From contig CP066688.1 of assembly GCA_016432425.1 (NCBI GenBank), positions 20,368 through 84,367 of the forward strand: a stretch of 64,000 nt of DNA, given 5' to 3'. Source of the DNA: Candidatus Daviesbacteria bacterium. GTDB lineage: Bacteria > Patescibacteriota > Microgenomatia > Daviesbacterales > UBA10151. A program made the position numbers and the translations under genes. The notes below the pieces were generated by a model. It was not told the origin of the DNA. It searched no databases and was given only the letters and a program-made list of their open reading frames with translations. Of the stretch, positions 37,179 to 47,446 are shown piece by piece (the stretch's first letter is position 1; the number at the start of each line of letters is the position of its first letter).

Positions 37179-38562
37179 GTTTAAATTTAACTAAAGCAAC
37201 AGAGGCTCCCAAAACTAACCATAAAATAAAAGAAATTTTTGATGACTCCAACGCATCAATAAAAGTAGAATTTATGAAAATTACTAAAACTCCCACAAAA
37301 GAAGCAGTTAAGAGATAAAAAGTGAAATTTTTATGATCAGGCCGTTTTTTCCAAATAGTCCGCAGTATTATCCACCAAATCAGGGCAAAACTTAAAAATC
37401 CTAACATACCGGTTTCCCCTAAACTTCTTAGATAATCATTATCGGTGGCAATGGTGATAGAGGAATAACCGCTACCCAAAAAAGGATTTTTAAAAAAGGC
37501 TCTTACAGCTCTAGGCCACTCCACATTTAACCTGATTTCAAAAGAGCGGAAAACTCCTAGCTCAGTAGAGTTAATAGGTTCGCCTGGAGCAACGTCAACT
37601 GGTATCCCGGAGAAGGTGGCAGAACTGCTTGCAGCATTTTCAATAGAAAAATGTTTGGTAGGATTGGGCTTTTGGGGGGGCGGGCTATATTTAGCTCCCC
37701 CTCCTCCTAATAAATTCACCGTCACAGTGGCGACAGTTCTGTGCCGAAGATCAGGAGAGATAACAAAAGCTCCCAGACTTAAAAGTATTAATAAAAATAT
37801 TAATTTACGCTGACCCACAAACCACAAAACTGCCGCTGCTCCCAGTATGGTTGACAAAAAAGAAACCCGGGCAGCAGTTAGACTAAGTAATATAAAACCC
37901 AACAAAGAAGAGAAAAGTATCAGTAGTTTTTCTTTTAGCTTTCTAACATAAAACAAAAAGGCTGTGGCAAAGATTAAAAATACTGACAGATAAACCGCCA
38001 GGTCATAATGACCGGCGAAAGTAGAATTAACCCTAGCGCCGGGAGTTAAAAATAATATTAAACCTTTAGAAAATTCCTTATTCATAGTAGAAATAACCGG
38101 GAAGGAAAACCATTGTTGGCCAAAGCCATAAAATATTATTATTAAAGTGGTTAGCAGTGAAATTTTCAGTAAATTTTTAATTTGATTTAAATTCTGGACG
38201 GCATCCAAAGCCACAAAAAATAAAATCATCACCTCTACTCTTCTTAAAAAATGTAAGATACTTAAGTGCCAGGATACAGTATGGGTCACCAAGATGCCGG
38301 AAAAAACTGACAGCGCTCCTACTGCCCAAAATAAAATAAAAGCCTGATATAAAGGCTGTTTTAAACTGTCTCCTATAGAACCTACTTTAGAAATTAACCA
38401 CCATAAAAATACCACTGCCACAATAAAATCTTCTAATCTGACTGCCACATAAGTACCCGGCACACTAATTAAAGGAAATTTAGGGTACAGAGGTATAAAA
38501 ACAAATAAAAAATATACCCACCAAATTAAATATTTACGGCAAAGAAACGATAACTTTTGCAT
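37171..38562 (-). CDS. O-antigen ligase/polymerase-like membrane protein
   Basis: Polytopic; RVNSTFAGHYD, TAAR, NPFLGSGY, DNDYLRSLGETG. Confidence 0.75.
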   Translation of the reverse strand: MQKLSFLCRKYLIWWVYFLFVFIPLYPKFPLISVPGTYVAVRLEDFIVAVVFLWWLISKVGSIGDSLKQPLYQAFILFWAVGALSVFSGILVTHTVSWHLSILHFLRRVEVMILFFVALDAVQNLNQIKNLLKISLLTTLIIIFYGFGQQWFSFPVISTMNKEFSKGLILFLTPGARVNSTFAGHYDLAVYLSVFLIFATAFLFYVRKLKEKLLILFSSLLGFILLSLTAARVSFLSTILGAAAVLWFVGQRKLIFLLILLSLGAFVISPDLRHRTVATVTVNLLGGGGAKYSPPPQKPNPTKHFSIENAASSSATFSGIPVDVAPGEPINSTELGVFRSFEIRLNVEWPRAVRAFFKNPFLGSGYSSITIATDNDYLRSLGETGMLGFLSFALIWWIILRTIWKKRPDHKNFTFYLLTASFVGVLVIFINSTFIDALESSKISFILWLVLGASVALVKFKHD

Positions 38563-39412
38563 AGGTTAAAGAAATATTAAATTTACCTATTATAAAAAAT
38601 AATACCATTCGCAAGGTAGCAGCTAAATAGACTAATAATTTTATCCCTGAACCTACTAAAAAGTTTTGTTTTTTAAAAAATAAAATCAAACCCTTAAATT
38701 CACCTGTCCATTGTCTAAATTTAGGTTGGTCCAAACTTCCACCAGACAGATGTTTAATCGAAACTGCCGGGTTAATCATAACTTTAAAATTATTTTTTGT
38801 GGCTTTAAAACAATAGTCAATATCTTCAAAATACATAAAATATTCCTCGTTTAAAGGCCCAATTTTAACAATCACTTCTTTTTTAACCATCATAAAATTG
38901 CCGGAAACCCAACCCACCGGATGAGGCCTTTTATAGAAACTGTCTTCATTTCGATGCAATGAGGACAACCCCAAAACATCTAAATTAAATAGCCAGCTAA
39001 AAACAGATAAAAAATTAGGCAGGTCTCCTCCACTGGGTTGCAGGCTGCCATCAAAATTTAAAACCTTGCAACTGGCAATCCCGCAATCCGGATACTCATT
39101 CATAAATTCCACCATCGGATCTATGACATTTTCATCCATCTGGGTATCGGGATTTAAAATCAAATAAAAATCACTTTTAATATTTTTTAAGACCAGATTG
39201 TGTCCACCGGCAAAACCGAGATTTTTTTTACTTTCAATCAATTTAACTTGAGGAAATTCTTTTTTAATGACTGCAACTGAACTGTCACTAGAGGCATTAT
39301 CAACTACTATAATTTGGACTTTATTTTGATATTTAAATTTTAAGAGGTCATTTAGGGAGTTTCTAATTAACTGGCTGCTGTTGAAACTGACAATGCTAAC
39401 TGTGACCAACAT
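38534..39412 (-). CDS. GT2 glycosyltransferase
   Basis: VVDNASSD, NLGFAGGHN, LNPD, YFEDIDYC. Confidence 0.9.
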   Translation of the reverse strand: MLVTVSIVSFNSSQLIRNSLNDLLKFKYQNKVQIIVVDNASSDSSVAVIKKEFPQVKLIESKKNLGFAGGHNLVLKNIKSDFYLILNPDTQMDENVIDPMVEFMNEYPDCGIASCKVLNFDGSLQPSGGDLPNFLSVFSWLFNLDVLGLSSLHRNEDSFYKRPHPVGWVSGNFMMVKKEVIVKIGPLNEEYFMYFEDIDYCFKATKNNFKVMINPAVSIKHLSGGSLDQPKFRQWTGEFKGLILFFKKQNFLVGSGIKLLVYLAATLRMVLFFIIGKFNISLTYAKVIVSLP

Positions 39413-39413
39413 G

Positions 39414-39986
39414 TTAAATTATTTCTTTCTGCAGCGATTTTCGCCAAATTTTAAAAACCGAGATTGATAGTCCCCATATTGCCAAATAAACAAAAATTCG
39501 CCAAATAATATTATTAGGGTAAAAACGCAAAGTAGTTTTAGAATCATAATATACCCCGTTAATATGGACATGATCTCCCACAAAATTGTGGGGTGCCTTC
39601 AACAACTCGTTGTGTACAAAAGGCTCATACCCTCCCACAAAAATCGAACCGCGCAGGGGATAAACATATTCTTCCATGAAGGTAACATAAATTTGATCAC
39701 GGACCATTCTTTTAGCTTCCTCCGGAGGGTAATTTAAAGTTAGTGGTGGAAAGAATTTGCCAAAGATAAATGAATCTTGATAATCTTGCCGATAAAACTC
39801 TGTTATCTCAGCTCTTTTAGAAAAAGAAAAGAAAGCCGCAATATTGGGAACTTGCACCGTGTCGCCCGGTTCATCTGATTTTGCAGACTGAGGCAAGGGA
39901 GAAAAATCTTCCACAGAAGTAGGACCAGGTAAAATAATATACAATAAACCAAGTATAAAAATAAAAGGCAAAATTTTTTTTCTCAT
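39414..39986 (-). CDS. Hypothetical membrane protein
   Basis: 190-aa ORF with N- and C-terminal TM segments, in operon. Confidence 0.7.
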   Translation of the reverse strand: MRKKILPFIFILGLLYIILPGPTSVEDFSPLPQSAKSDEPGDTVQVPNIAAFFSFSKRAEITEFYRQDYQDSFIFGKFFPPLTLNYPPEEAKRMVRDQIYVTFMEEYVYPLRGSIFVGGYEPFVHNELLKAPHNFVGDHVHINGVYYDSKTTLRFYPNNIIWRIFVYLAIWGLSISVFKIWRKSLQKEII

Positions 39987-40624
39987 TGAAAGAGCCGCGC
40001 CCGCCCTAGCAGGTAGTGAAGATTTTTATTTTTCCGTTCACCAATTTTGACAGCTGGCACGCCTCCCACAATTTCATATGGTTTCACATCTTTAGTAACT
40101 ACTGCTCCCGCAGCCACAGTCGCCCCTTCACCAATTTTGACCCCCGGCAAAATAATCACCCTGGGGCCAATAAAAACATAATCACTAATTTTTACCGCAG
40201 CAACAGTCGCCCGAAAATCTTCAGAGTTAATATCATGTTCGCTGTTATAAATTAACACCTGTGAAGCAATATCTACATGATTGCCAATAATTAGTTTATC
40301 CCGGCCATCTAAAAAAGCATCAGCTCCCACAATAGAATCCTCCCCAATTTCTATATTAGGCGGATAAAAAAATTGCGTACCCATGTGCAGGTGAGATCCT
40401 GCTCCAATTTTGACTCCGGCTAAAACATAAAAAAGATAGCGAATAGAATAAAGAGGTATCAACCCTACAATCCGTAAAATTAACAGTTCTGCATCCAGAA
40501 AATAATTAAAAATACGGTTAATTATTTTTCTGATAGCCTCAGTGGTAGACAAAGTTCGCCCGGACTTATCTTTAAAAACCAAACCATCCCGTAGATTTAT
40601 GGCTAAATTATCGGAAAACAGCAT
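39983..40624 (-). CDS. Hexapeptide-repeat O-acyltransferase
   Basis: [29 protein letters not shown]...GGVPA. Confidence 0.9.
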   Translation of the reverse strand: MLFSDNLAINLRDGLVFKDKSGRTLSTTEAIRKIINRIFNYFLDAELLILRIVGLIPLYSIRYLFYVLAGVKIGAGSHLHMGTQFFYPPNIEIGEDSIVGADAFLDGRDKLIIGNHVDIASQVLIYNSEHDINSEDFRATVAAVKISDYVFIGPRVIILPGVKIGEGATVAAGAVVTKDVKPYEIVGGVPAVKIGERKNKNLHYLLGRARLFQ

Positions 40625-40642
40625 AATTTGAGTATAACAAAT

Positions 40643-41770
40643 TTAAGCTTCTTTTACTAATTTGGTGAAGGTGGATAAAACTACTTTAGCAGCCGTTTCC
40701 CAAGAGTATTTTTGAGCTTGCTGCAGGCCTAATTTACTTAAAGCTTCATTTAATTTTTTATCATTAATGACTGCTCTGATGGCCTGCTCTATCTGAGTTA
40801 CTGAGTAAGGGTCTATTAAAAGCCCAGCTTTGCCTACCACCTCTGGCAGGGAGGAAACGTTGGATACTACCACCGGAGTACCGGTGGCCATAGCCTCTAC
40901 TACCGGAATACCAAATCCTTCCCAAAGTGAAGGTAGGACAAAGGCTGCTGCTCCGGATAAAAGACAGGGTAACTCTTCGGTGGGTACAAACCCTGGAAAA
41001 ATCACTCGCTCCGGGATATCTAATTTTTGAGGTGTTTGTAAAATTTCCTGAAATTGCCAAGCCTCTCTACCCGGACCGGTAGTTTTACCCACTACCACTA
41101 ATTTTAAATCTTCAATATTTTTAACTGCTTCCATTAAGCGAATAATATTTTTTTTAGGTTGAATCGTCCCAATGAAAATAATATAGCGGCCAACAATACC
41201 ATACTTATCCTGAATTTTTTTAATTTGAGAACTATTTTTGATGGGACGAAAAACTGTTTGGTCAAAACCGGGATAAAAAATTGTAATTTTATCTGCTTTC
41301 AACTTATACTGTTTTATCAAATCCTTTTTGGTAAAGTTAGAAATTGTTAAAACGTGCTGTGAGTTTAAAACTGAAAATTTAGTCCAATTTGTTAATTTAT
41401 ATAAGTCTCCTTTATTAAACATTTCCGGAAATTGTAAAAATGACAGGTCGAAAATTGTCACTACTTTCGGAACTGGGCAAAACCTGGGAACATAATGAGT
41501 GGGAGAAAAAAATAGATCTGGTTTAATCCTAGCAAAATATAGCGCAAAAGGCAGAGTTATCCTGGTCCAAAGTTTACTGGGTCTGAGGATTTTATATTTC
41601 CAACCTTCACGTTCCTGAGGCATATCTTCCATGGGAGAAGAGGGGAGGAAAATCGTGTATTCATTTTTTTGGTCTAATTTTTCTAAAGATCTTATAAGTT
41701 CATAGGCTACTTGTGAGGAACCTAGTCTTTGTGGCACATTAGCTTCATATCCATCTATCCAAATTTTCAT
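40643..41770 (-). CDS. GT4 glycosyltransferase
   Basis: TIFDL, PKKNI, WEGFGIPVVEAMA; start moved to ATG 41770 (ATGA overlap). Confidence 0.9.
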   Translation of the reverse strand: MKIWIDGYEANVPQRLGSSQVAYELIRSLEKLDQKNEYTIFLPSSPMEDMPQEREGWKYKILRPSKLWTRITLPFALYFARIKPDLFFSPTHYVPRFCPVPKVVTIFDLSFLQFPEMFNKGDLYKLTNWTKFSVLNSQHVLTISNFTKKDLIKQYKLKADKITIFYPGFDQTVFRPIKNSSQIKKIQDKYGIVGRYIIFIGTIQPKKNIIRLMEAVKNIEDLKLVVVGKTTGPGREAWQFQEILQTPQKLDIPERVIFPGFVPTEELPCLLSGAAAFVLPSLWEGFGIPVVEAMATGTPVVVSNVSSLPEVVGKAGLLIDPYSVTQIEQAIRAVINDKKLNEALSKLGLQQAQKYSWETAAKVVLSTFTKLVKEA

Positions 41771-42792
41771 TTTGTTAACCTCCGATAAACCTCTGTTGTT
41801 TCCTGGGCTGCTTTTTCCCAAGAGAAACGTTTCACATTTTCCAGTCCCAATTTAATTAAATCCTCCCGCAATTTAGCATCCTCCATTGCTTCAGTTACTT
41901 TTTTGGTAATTTCCTCTTGATTTAAAGGGTCAACTAAAAGTGCACTTTTACCTGCCACCTCCGGCATACTGGAAATATTAGAGGTAATCACCGGGGTTCC
42001 GCAAGCCTCCGCCTCTAAAATCGGCAGGCCAAACCCTTCATAGAGTGAGGGATATAATAATAAGGTAGCTGTAGAATAAAGTAGCGGCAACTCTGTTTCG
42101 TAATCTAACCATGGCAAACTTTGACCGGCAATAACCAGATGATAATTTTTACAAGCTGCTTTGACTCTTTCTAAGTTACGCCTTTCACCTATGCCGCCAA
42201 TACTCAAAACAAAAGTCTCCGGCAGTTGGTATTTTTTCTTAAATTCCCTAATTTTTTCTTCCAATTGGGGTTTGAATTGTTTTCCTGCTGCTTCATAAAC
42301 TACCGTAATTTTATTCTCCGGTATTTTTGATATCTTCAACAAATCCTCTTTGGTAGAGCGCGACACCGCAATTACCTGATCAATTTCCCGCTCCACCAGT
42401 TTTAAGCGCTCTCGGTGGACAGAGACAATTTTCGGATGTGACCATTGAGGAAATTTTAACGGCACCACATCATGATAAGTAGTTACTTTCTTCGCTCGGC
42501 TTGGAGGTTGAACCCAATCGCTGGAATGGAAAATATTCAGCGGGCCCAAAAACTTCTCAATACTAACGTTATGTAACTTATTGAATAATACTTCAAATAA
42601 AGTTGGCGGAAGCTTAAATTTGCGGACATTTTTTAAATTACCATGGTAAGGTTGTCGCAGTGAGGAATAAAAATAAACCATATCTAAACTAGACAGTTTA
42701 GATAATTCTTCAGTTAAGCTTCTGGTGTAAGTATTGACTCCCCCAGCGTGAGCCAATTGTGAAATATCAAATCCAACTTTAATTTTCGCCAT
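41767..42792 (-). CDS. GT4 glycosyltransferase
   Basis: TYHD, YEGFGLPILEA, SSMPEV. Confidence 0.9.
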   Translation of the reverse strand: MAKIKVGFDISQLAHAGGVNTYTRSLTEELSKLSSLDMVYFYSSLRQPYHGNLKNVRKFKLPPTLFEVLFNKLHNVSIEKFLGPLNIFHSSDWVQPPSRAKKVTTYHDVVPLKFPQWSHPKIVSVHRERLKLVEREIDQVIAVSRSTKEDLLKISKIPENKITVVYEAAGKQFKPQLEEKIREFKKKYQLPETFVLSIGGIGERRNLERVKAACKNYHLVIAGQSLPWLDYETELPLLYSTATLLLYPSLYEGFGLPILEAEACGTPVITSNISSMPEVAGKSALLVDPLNQEEITKKVTEAMEDAKLREDLIKLGLENVKRFSWEKAAQETTEVYRRLTK

Positions 42793-42804
42793 TTATATAT
42801 TGTA

Positions 42805-44235
42805 TCAAAGCCGGCTGTAATGGGTAATTAAACCCACCCCATTAAAATTATAAACTTCTTTTTTGTTAAAGCCTTGTCTAGTTAAGTTTTTTTCTAAATT
42901 TTTCCCCGGATCGGTAATATCTACTAAATACTCAAATAAGTAAATATTATTGACTGAGACAAATTTAGTTGTATCATTTTCACTGTATGCCGGCAGTTTC
43001 CGCAATCCTGGCAACCATTTTTGGCCTCTGCTATAGTATTCAAAAGGCGATAAATTACCATTACTTTCAAAAACCGCTACTCCCTGATTTTTTTGAGCTA
43101 AATTTTCTACTGTAGAGACTGCCCCTCGCCAATCTTCCCGCTGAAATTTTGGATTGGTGTAATAAAAATACAAACAGCTTAGAGAAATAAGTAGTAAGGA
43201 CAAAATAGTTATTATTTTAAATTGTTTAGCTAAATTTTCCACTCCTTTAGCCACTAATAGATAAAAGAAGGGCAGAATAAACAATAATCTAAAATAAGAT
43301 AAAACTGGCACAAAAAACGAGATTATGGTGGCCAGTATTAATGGGACGGCAGTTAAAAACAGCACTAATTTCAACTGATCGTAAACTTTCCTTAAAGCAT
43401 TAATTATTACCGCTCCATAGATTAATCCGACCACCATCACCACAACACTATAAAAAATTTTGTCATCAAAACTGACTCGGCCTAAAACTGTTTTAGCGAA
43501 AATTAACCCTAAATTTTTAATACTCACCCCTCCCACAACTTCTGCCCAACCAGGTACTAAATTAGCAGTTCTTAAACCATTTAATAGTTGTTGATAAAAG
43601 AAAGGCAACCAAATTAGGAAAGAAACCAAAACGAAACTCCCAACCTTTAAGTAATTTTTTAATTTATCTTTTTGGAAAAATAGTAGGTATAAAAATTGGG
43701 CGGGAAATATTAAATAAGCTAAGTAGTCAGAATAAATTACCAAAACCCCACTGAAAACGAACAAATTCTTGGCTTCGCCAATAAACCCCAGATTTACCTG
43801 AAGTTTATTTTTTAAAAGTCGTACAAAAAAATAGCTATTCAATGCTACCGCAAAAGCGGCGAAACTGTACATTCTGGCTTCCTGGGAATAATAAACATGT
43901 AGTGGCGCCACTGCCAGCAAAAGCGCAGCCAGCGCTCCAATCTTTTTGTTAAATAGTTCTTTACCTAAAAGGTAAACTAACCAGATAGTGCCTACTCCCA
44001 AAAATAACGAGGGAATTCTGACACTAATTTCACTAAAACCAAAGAGGCGTCCCCACAACCAAAGAAGCAAAAAATACCCTGGAGGATGAAAATCCCCAAT
44101 GGGATATTGGGTGAGAAAAGTTAGTAAATTTAAGTTTTGGGCATTAACTACATTAATGGCTTCATCCAGCCAGAGAGATTGATTGAGACTAATTAACCTT
44201 AAAATTAATGCCACTGCCAAAATTAGGTAAATCAT
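42805..44235 (-). CDS. GT39/PMT-like GT-C membrane glycosyltransferase
   Basis: QSLWLDEA, DFHPPGY, YYSQEARMY, REDWR. Confidence 0.85.
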   Translation of the reverse strand: MIYLILAVALILRLISLNQSLWLDEAINVVNAQNLNLLTFLTQYPIGDFHPPGYFLLLWLWGRLFGFSEISVRIPSLFLGVGTIWLVYLLGKELFNKKIGALAALLLAVAPLHVYYSQEARMYSFAAFAVALNSYFFVRLLKNKLQVNLGFIGEAKNLFVFSGVLVIYSDYLAYLIFPAQFLYLLFFQKDKLKNYLKVGSFVLVSFLIWLPFFYQQLLNGLRTANLVPGWAEVVGGVSIKNLGLIFAKTVLGRVSFDDKIFYSVVVMVVGLIYGAVIINALRKVYDQLKLVLFLTAVPLILATIISFFVPVLSYFRLLFILPFFYLLVAKGVENLAKQFKIITILSLLLISLSCLYFYYTNPKFQREDWRGAVSTVENLAQKNQGVAVFESNGNLSPFEYYSRGQKWLPGLRKLPAYSENDTTKFVSVNNIYLFEYLVDITDPGKNLEKNLTRQGFNKKEVYNFNGVGLITHYSRL

Positions 44236-45071
44236 TTGTTTGCTTGCTCACCTAAAAATGATCTTAGCAGTGAAATCTCAATCGCTAAATCATAGACTAT
44301 TTTAAATATCAAATAGGTGAAAGAGGCGATCTTTATCGAACCAACCATACCGTTAACCAGACTAAATAAAGGATTATACCTAACCAACGAAATTATTTTC
44401 ATGATGAGCTCATTTTTAATTTTTCTTCTTTTATACTCTGATTTGCCAATCCAACGGGCTTGGCGGAAAACTTCTCCCAAACTGCCGGGGTTTTGGTGAT
44501 AAAAAATAGCTCCCGGAGCCACAGTTGCCAAAACTCGGAGTTGTTCAGCCAAAGTATGGTCATCAATATAGCCAATTGGCTGAAAGCCTCCCGCCCGCTC
44601 AAATTCTTTTTTTAAAATAGCCCGAAAAACCGGCTGGATATCCGGATAATTTCTTGGATGCATCCGATCAAAAGGCAGCCCTTTATTAAGATTCCAACAT
44701 TTACTCCAAATATTATCTTTGTTGGACACTTGTTCTTCTTTGCTAAAAGTACCGATTGTTTCATTTTTAATAATTGGTAGAGTTAATTTTTCTAAAAATT
44801 TTTTATCAAAAGTCATATCAGCATCCACAAAAACCAAAATTTCTCCCTTGGCTACCTTGGCACCTAAATTCCGAGCTCTACCTGGACCCAAATGAGATTG
44901 TTGCAAAAGTTTGACCGGAAATTGCCGGACGATTTCTCTGGTTTTATCTGTTGAACCATCATCAACCACAATAATTTCCTGATCTGCCAAGGTTTGCTGC
45001 TGCAAAGATCTTAAACAATCACCAATGGCAGTCTCTTCATTAAAAGCAGGTATAATAACTGAAACGCTCAT
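44232..45071 (-). CDS. GT2 glycosyltransferase
   Basis: SVIIPAFNEE, VVDDGSTD, FVDAD; ATG 45071 overlaps the upstream stop. Confidence 0.9.
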   Translation of the reverse strand: MSVSVIIPAFNEETAIGDCLRSLQQQTLADQEIIVVDDGSTDKTREIVRQFPVKLLQQSHLGPGRARNLGAKVAKGEILVFVDADMTFDKKFLEKLTLPIIKNETIGTFSKEEQVSNKDNIWSKCWNLNKGLPFDRMHPRNYPDIQPVFRAILKKEFERAGGFQPIGYIDDHTLAEQLRVLATVAPGAIFYHQNPGSLGEVFRQARWIGKSEYKRRKIKNELIMKIISLVRYNPLFSLVNGMVGSIKIASFTYLIFKIVYDLAIEISLLRSFLGEQANK

Positions 45072-46018
45072 TTGCAAATTTCCTCTATCAATTTTTTATA
45101 CTCGTCTGCTATTTTATCCCAGGAAAATTTTTCCGCCTGTTTCTGCGGGGTATTTTTCCAGTCTTTATTTAATGCTTCCTCAATTGCCTGGGCATATTTT
45201 TTAGCTTCATATACTTGAGTTAATACTCCGGCATTTCCCACAATTTCCCTGCGGGGAGAATCATCTGGAGCAACTACCGGGAGTCCCGAGGCCATCGCTT
45301 CCACATAAACTATTCCAAAAGCTTCCCGGTTCCAAGAAGGTAAAGTAAATAAATCAGCTGACCTGTATACATCTGGCATCTGATCAAATTTTACAGAAAT
45401 TATTTTAAATCTGCCGGGAATTTTTAAATTTGCTAATTCTAATAACTGCTTTAATTTTGACCCACTACCCACTATCAGCAATGAGACATCTTTCAACTTG
45501 GACAGTGCCTCAATGGCTAACTCATGATGTTTGTACCACTCCAACGCACCTACACTTAAAATAATTGGCCCAGGTAAATCGATTTTAATTTTTTTACCCT
45601 GGGAGCTAAATTTAGCTAAATCTACCCCATTGGGGATTTTTTTAACTTTAGTTTTCCAGGCCCATTTTTGGGCCCAATTTTTCTCATGATCAGTTAAGGC
45701 CACATAAACATCGGGTATACAGACGGCAATGTTCCAAAGGTCATCCCTCCCAATCCCCGCCTGACCAGATATTAACAGACGATATTTACCAACTAATCTA
45801 CCCAAACTTGCCTTTAAAGCCTGCATTCGGCCATTGGTCGCAATCACTAAGTCAAAATTTCCTTTAATTATTTTTGATAAATTACCACTATCTTGCCCAG
45901 TCAAAATAGTGACTGTAAAATCTTTCTGCAGTCTTTTCGACAGTTCCCCCACATAAGTTTCTACTCCGCGGTTAACCGTCCCGTAACCCTGACATAAAAA
46001 AGCTATTTTCTTTGCCAC
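45068..46018 (-). CDS. GT4 glycosyltransferase
   Basis: IPNGVD, EAFGIVYVEAMASGLPVV. Confidence 0.9.
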   Translation of the reverse strand: MAKKIAFLCQGYGTVNRGVETYVGELSKRLQKDFTVTILTGQDSGNLSKIIKGNFDLVIATNGRMQALKASLGRLVGKYRLLISGQAGIGRDDLWNIAVCIPDVYVALTDHEKNWAQKWAWKTKVKKIPNGVDLAKFSSQGKKIKIDLPGPIILSVGALEWYKHHELAIEALSKLKDVSLLIVGSGSKLKQLLELANLKIPGRFKIISVKFDQMPDVYRSADLFTLPSWNREAFGIVYVEAMASGLPVVAPDDSPRREIVGNAGVLTQVYEAKKYAQAIEEALNKDWKNTPQKQAEKFSWDKIADEYKKLIEEICK

Positions 46019-47418
46019 AGCTCAACCTCTCCCATTTGTTTAATTTCCGAAGGAAAGAAGGTTCCCTTCATCTTAGTATAATTTAGTTTAATATACTCCA
46101 CTACTTTTTGAGGTTGATAAACATTTAGGTCAAACCAATTGCCACTGGCGGGAATTTTCCGCAAAATCAACTTAGGTGGATCAGCTGTTAAATCCTTAAT
46201 AAATTTATCCTGCACCCCTGGGATTTCAAAATACCAACCAAAGTTATCCAACCAACCTTTGGGCGGCAAACGGTCACTATAGACATAAAGCGAGGAATTT
46301 AATCCCAGTAAATACACTTTTTCGGAAGAACCTAGATTTTGATTTAAAAAATTAGCCCAGGCAATTTCTTCTGGGCCATAAAATCTTATTGCTTCTTTTT
46401 TAGGCTGATAATAAATTCCAGCTACTACTAAAAAAATTGTCGAAACTAGCAATAAAGTTATGATTTTGAATTTTGTTAAATGATGAATAATTAAGCTTAA
46501 ACTAATTATTAAAAATACTAAAGCCGGTTGCAGATGAAAAAAAGTTAATCGAGGATAAATAATTAATGTAGAGATAACAAAAAAAATTAGACTTAAGATT
46601 AGAGTTTGATTTTTCAATACTTTTTTATTTAATAAGCAAAGCTTTTCTATGAATAAGCAAGTAAAAATAGTTAATCCTAAAATCATAATCGTCAAAAATT
46701 CTCGACGGCTAATCTGAAAACCTGTATATCCGGGAAACTTTGACCAAAAATTAATTGGATAATAGATATTCCAGTTTGTAAAATCCATTAAGGAATTATT
46801 AACTACTAAATAAACAATAAAGCCAATCAGAGGAGCCCCACCATAAATTAGATATAAAATATTTTTATAATTTAACTCTCTATTTTTAATAAGGATAAAA
46901 AGTAAAGGTAGCGAATACAAAACTGCGGTTTGTTTGACCAAAATAGAAAAACTTAAAAAAAGAGCTCCCCAAAATAAATAGATTGGTCTTTTTTTCTCTA
47001 ACCACGCCAAAACCATTAAAAATTCCAGCAGCAAAAACGGCAACATACCAATTTCGAACCACATCATGTTTCCATCTAAAACTGACTGCAATAAAATGTA
47101 GAGGAAAGTTAATAAAAAAGATAGTTTAAGATTATTTGTTAATTTTTTTATAATGAGAAAAATCAACAGGTCCCCCACCAAGATATAGATCCAAGTAAAA
47201 TATTTAAGTACTAAGGGACTAAACTCAAATAAATGATAAACAGCAGATAAAATTAATACTAACCCCGGCGGATAAGGCATCACAAAATCTTTATAAAAGA
47301 AAAAGTTATTACTTAATAAATACGGATAAGAAAGCATCTCCGGCCAAGCAGTAAAGGTTAATTGGTTTAAAACCAAAATATGCAAGATAAGAATGAATAT
47401 TAAAAACAAATACTTCAT
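46003..47418 (-). CDS. GT-C-like polytopic membrane protein
   Basis: YKD...YPPG, KQT motif, many TM segments. Confidence 0.7.
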   Translation of the reverse strand: MKYLFLIFILILHILVLNQLTFTAWPEMLSYPYLLSNNFFFYKDFVMPYPPGLVLILSAVYHLFEFSPLVLKYFTWIYILVGDLLIFLIIKKLTNNLKLSFLLTFLYILLQSVLDGNMMWFEIGMLPFLLLEFLMVLAWLEKKRPIYLFWGALFLSFSILVKQTAVLYSLPLLFILIKNRELNYKNILYLIYGGAPLIGFIVYLVVNNSLMDFTNWNIYYPINFWSKFPGYTGFQISRREFLTIMILGLTIFTCLFIEKLCLLNKKVLKNQTLILSLIFFVISTLIIYPRLTFFHLQPALVFLIISLSLIIHHLTKFKIITLLLVSTIFLVVAGIYYQPKKEAIRFYGPEEIAWANFLNQNLGSSEKVYLLGLNSSLYVYSDRLPPKGWLDNFGWYFEIPGVQDKFIKDLTADPPKLILRKIPASGNWFDLNVYQPQKVVEYIKLNYTKMKGTFFPSEIKQMGEVELWQRK

Positions 47419-47446
47419 GTAATTAGAAGGTCTCCTTCACTATCAT
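47415..47446 (-). repeat. ATGA-junction hairpin element (variant)
   Basis: Minus strand ATGA-TA-GTGA-AGGAGACCTTCTAATTAC-ATGA between two genes. Confidence 0.7.
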
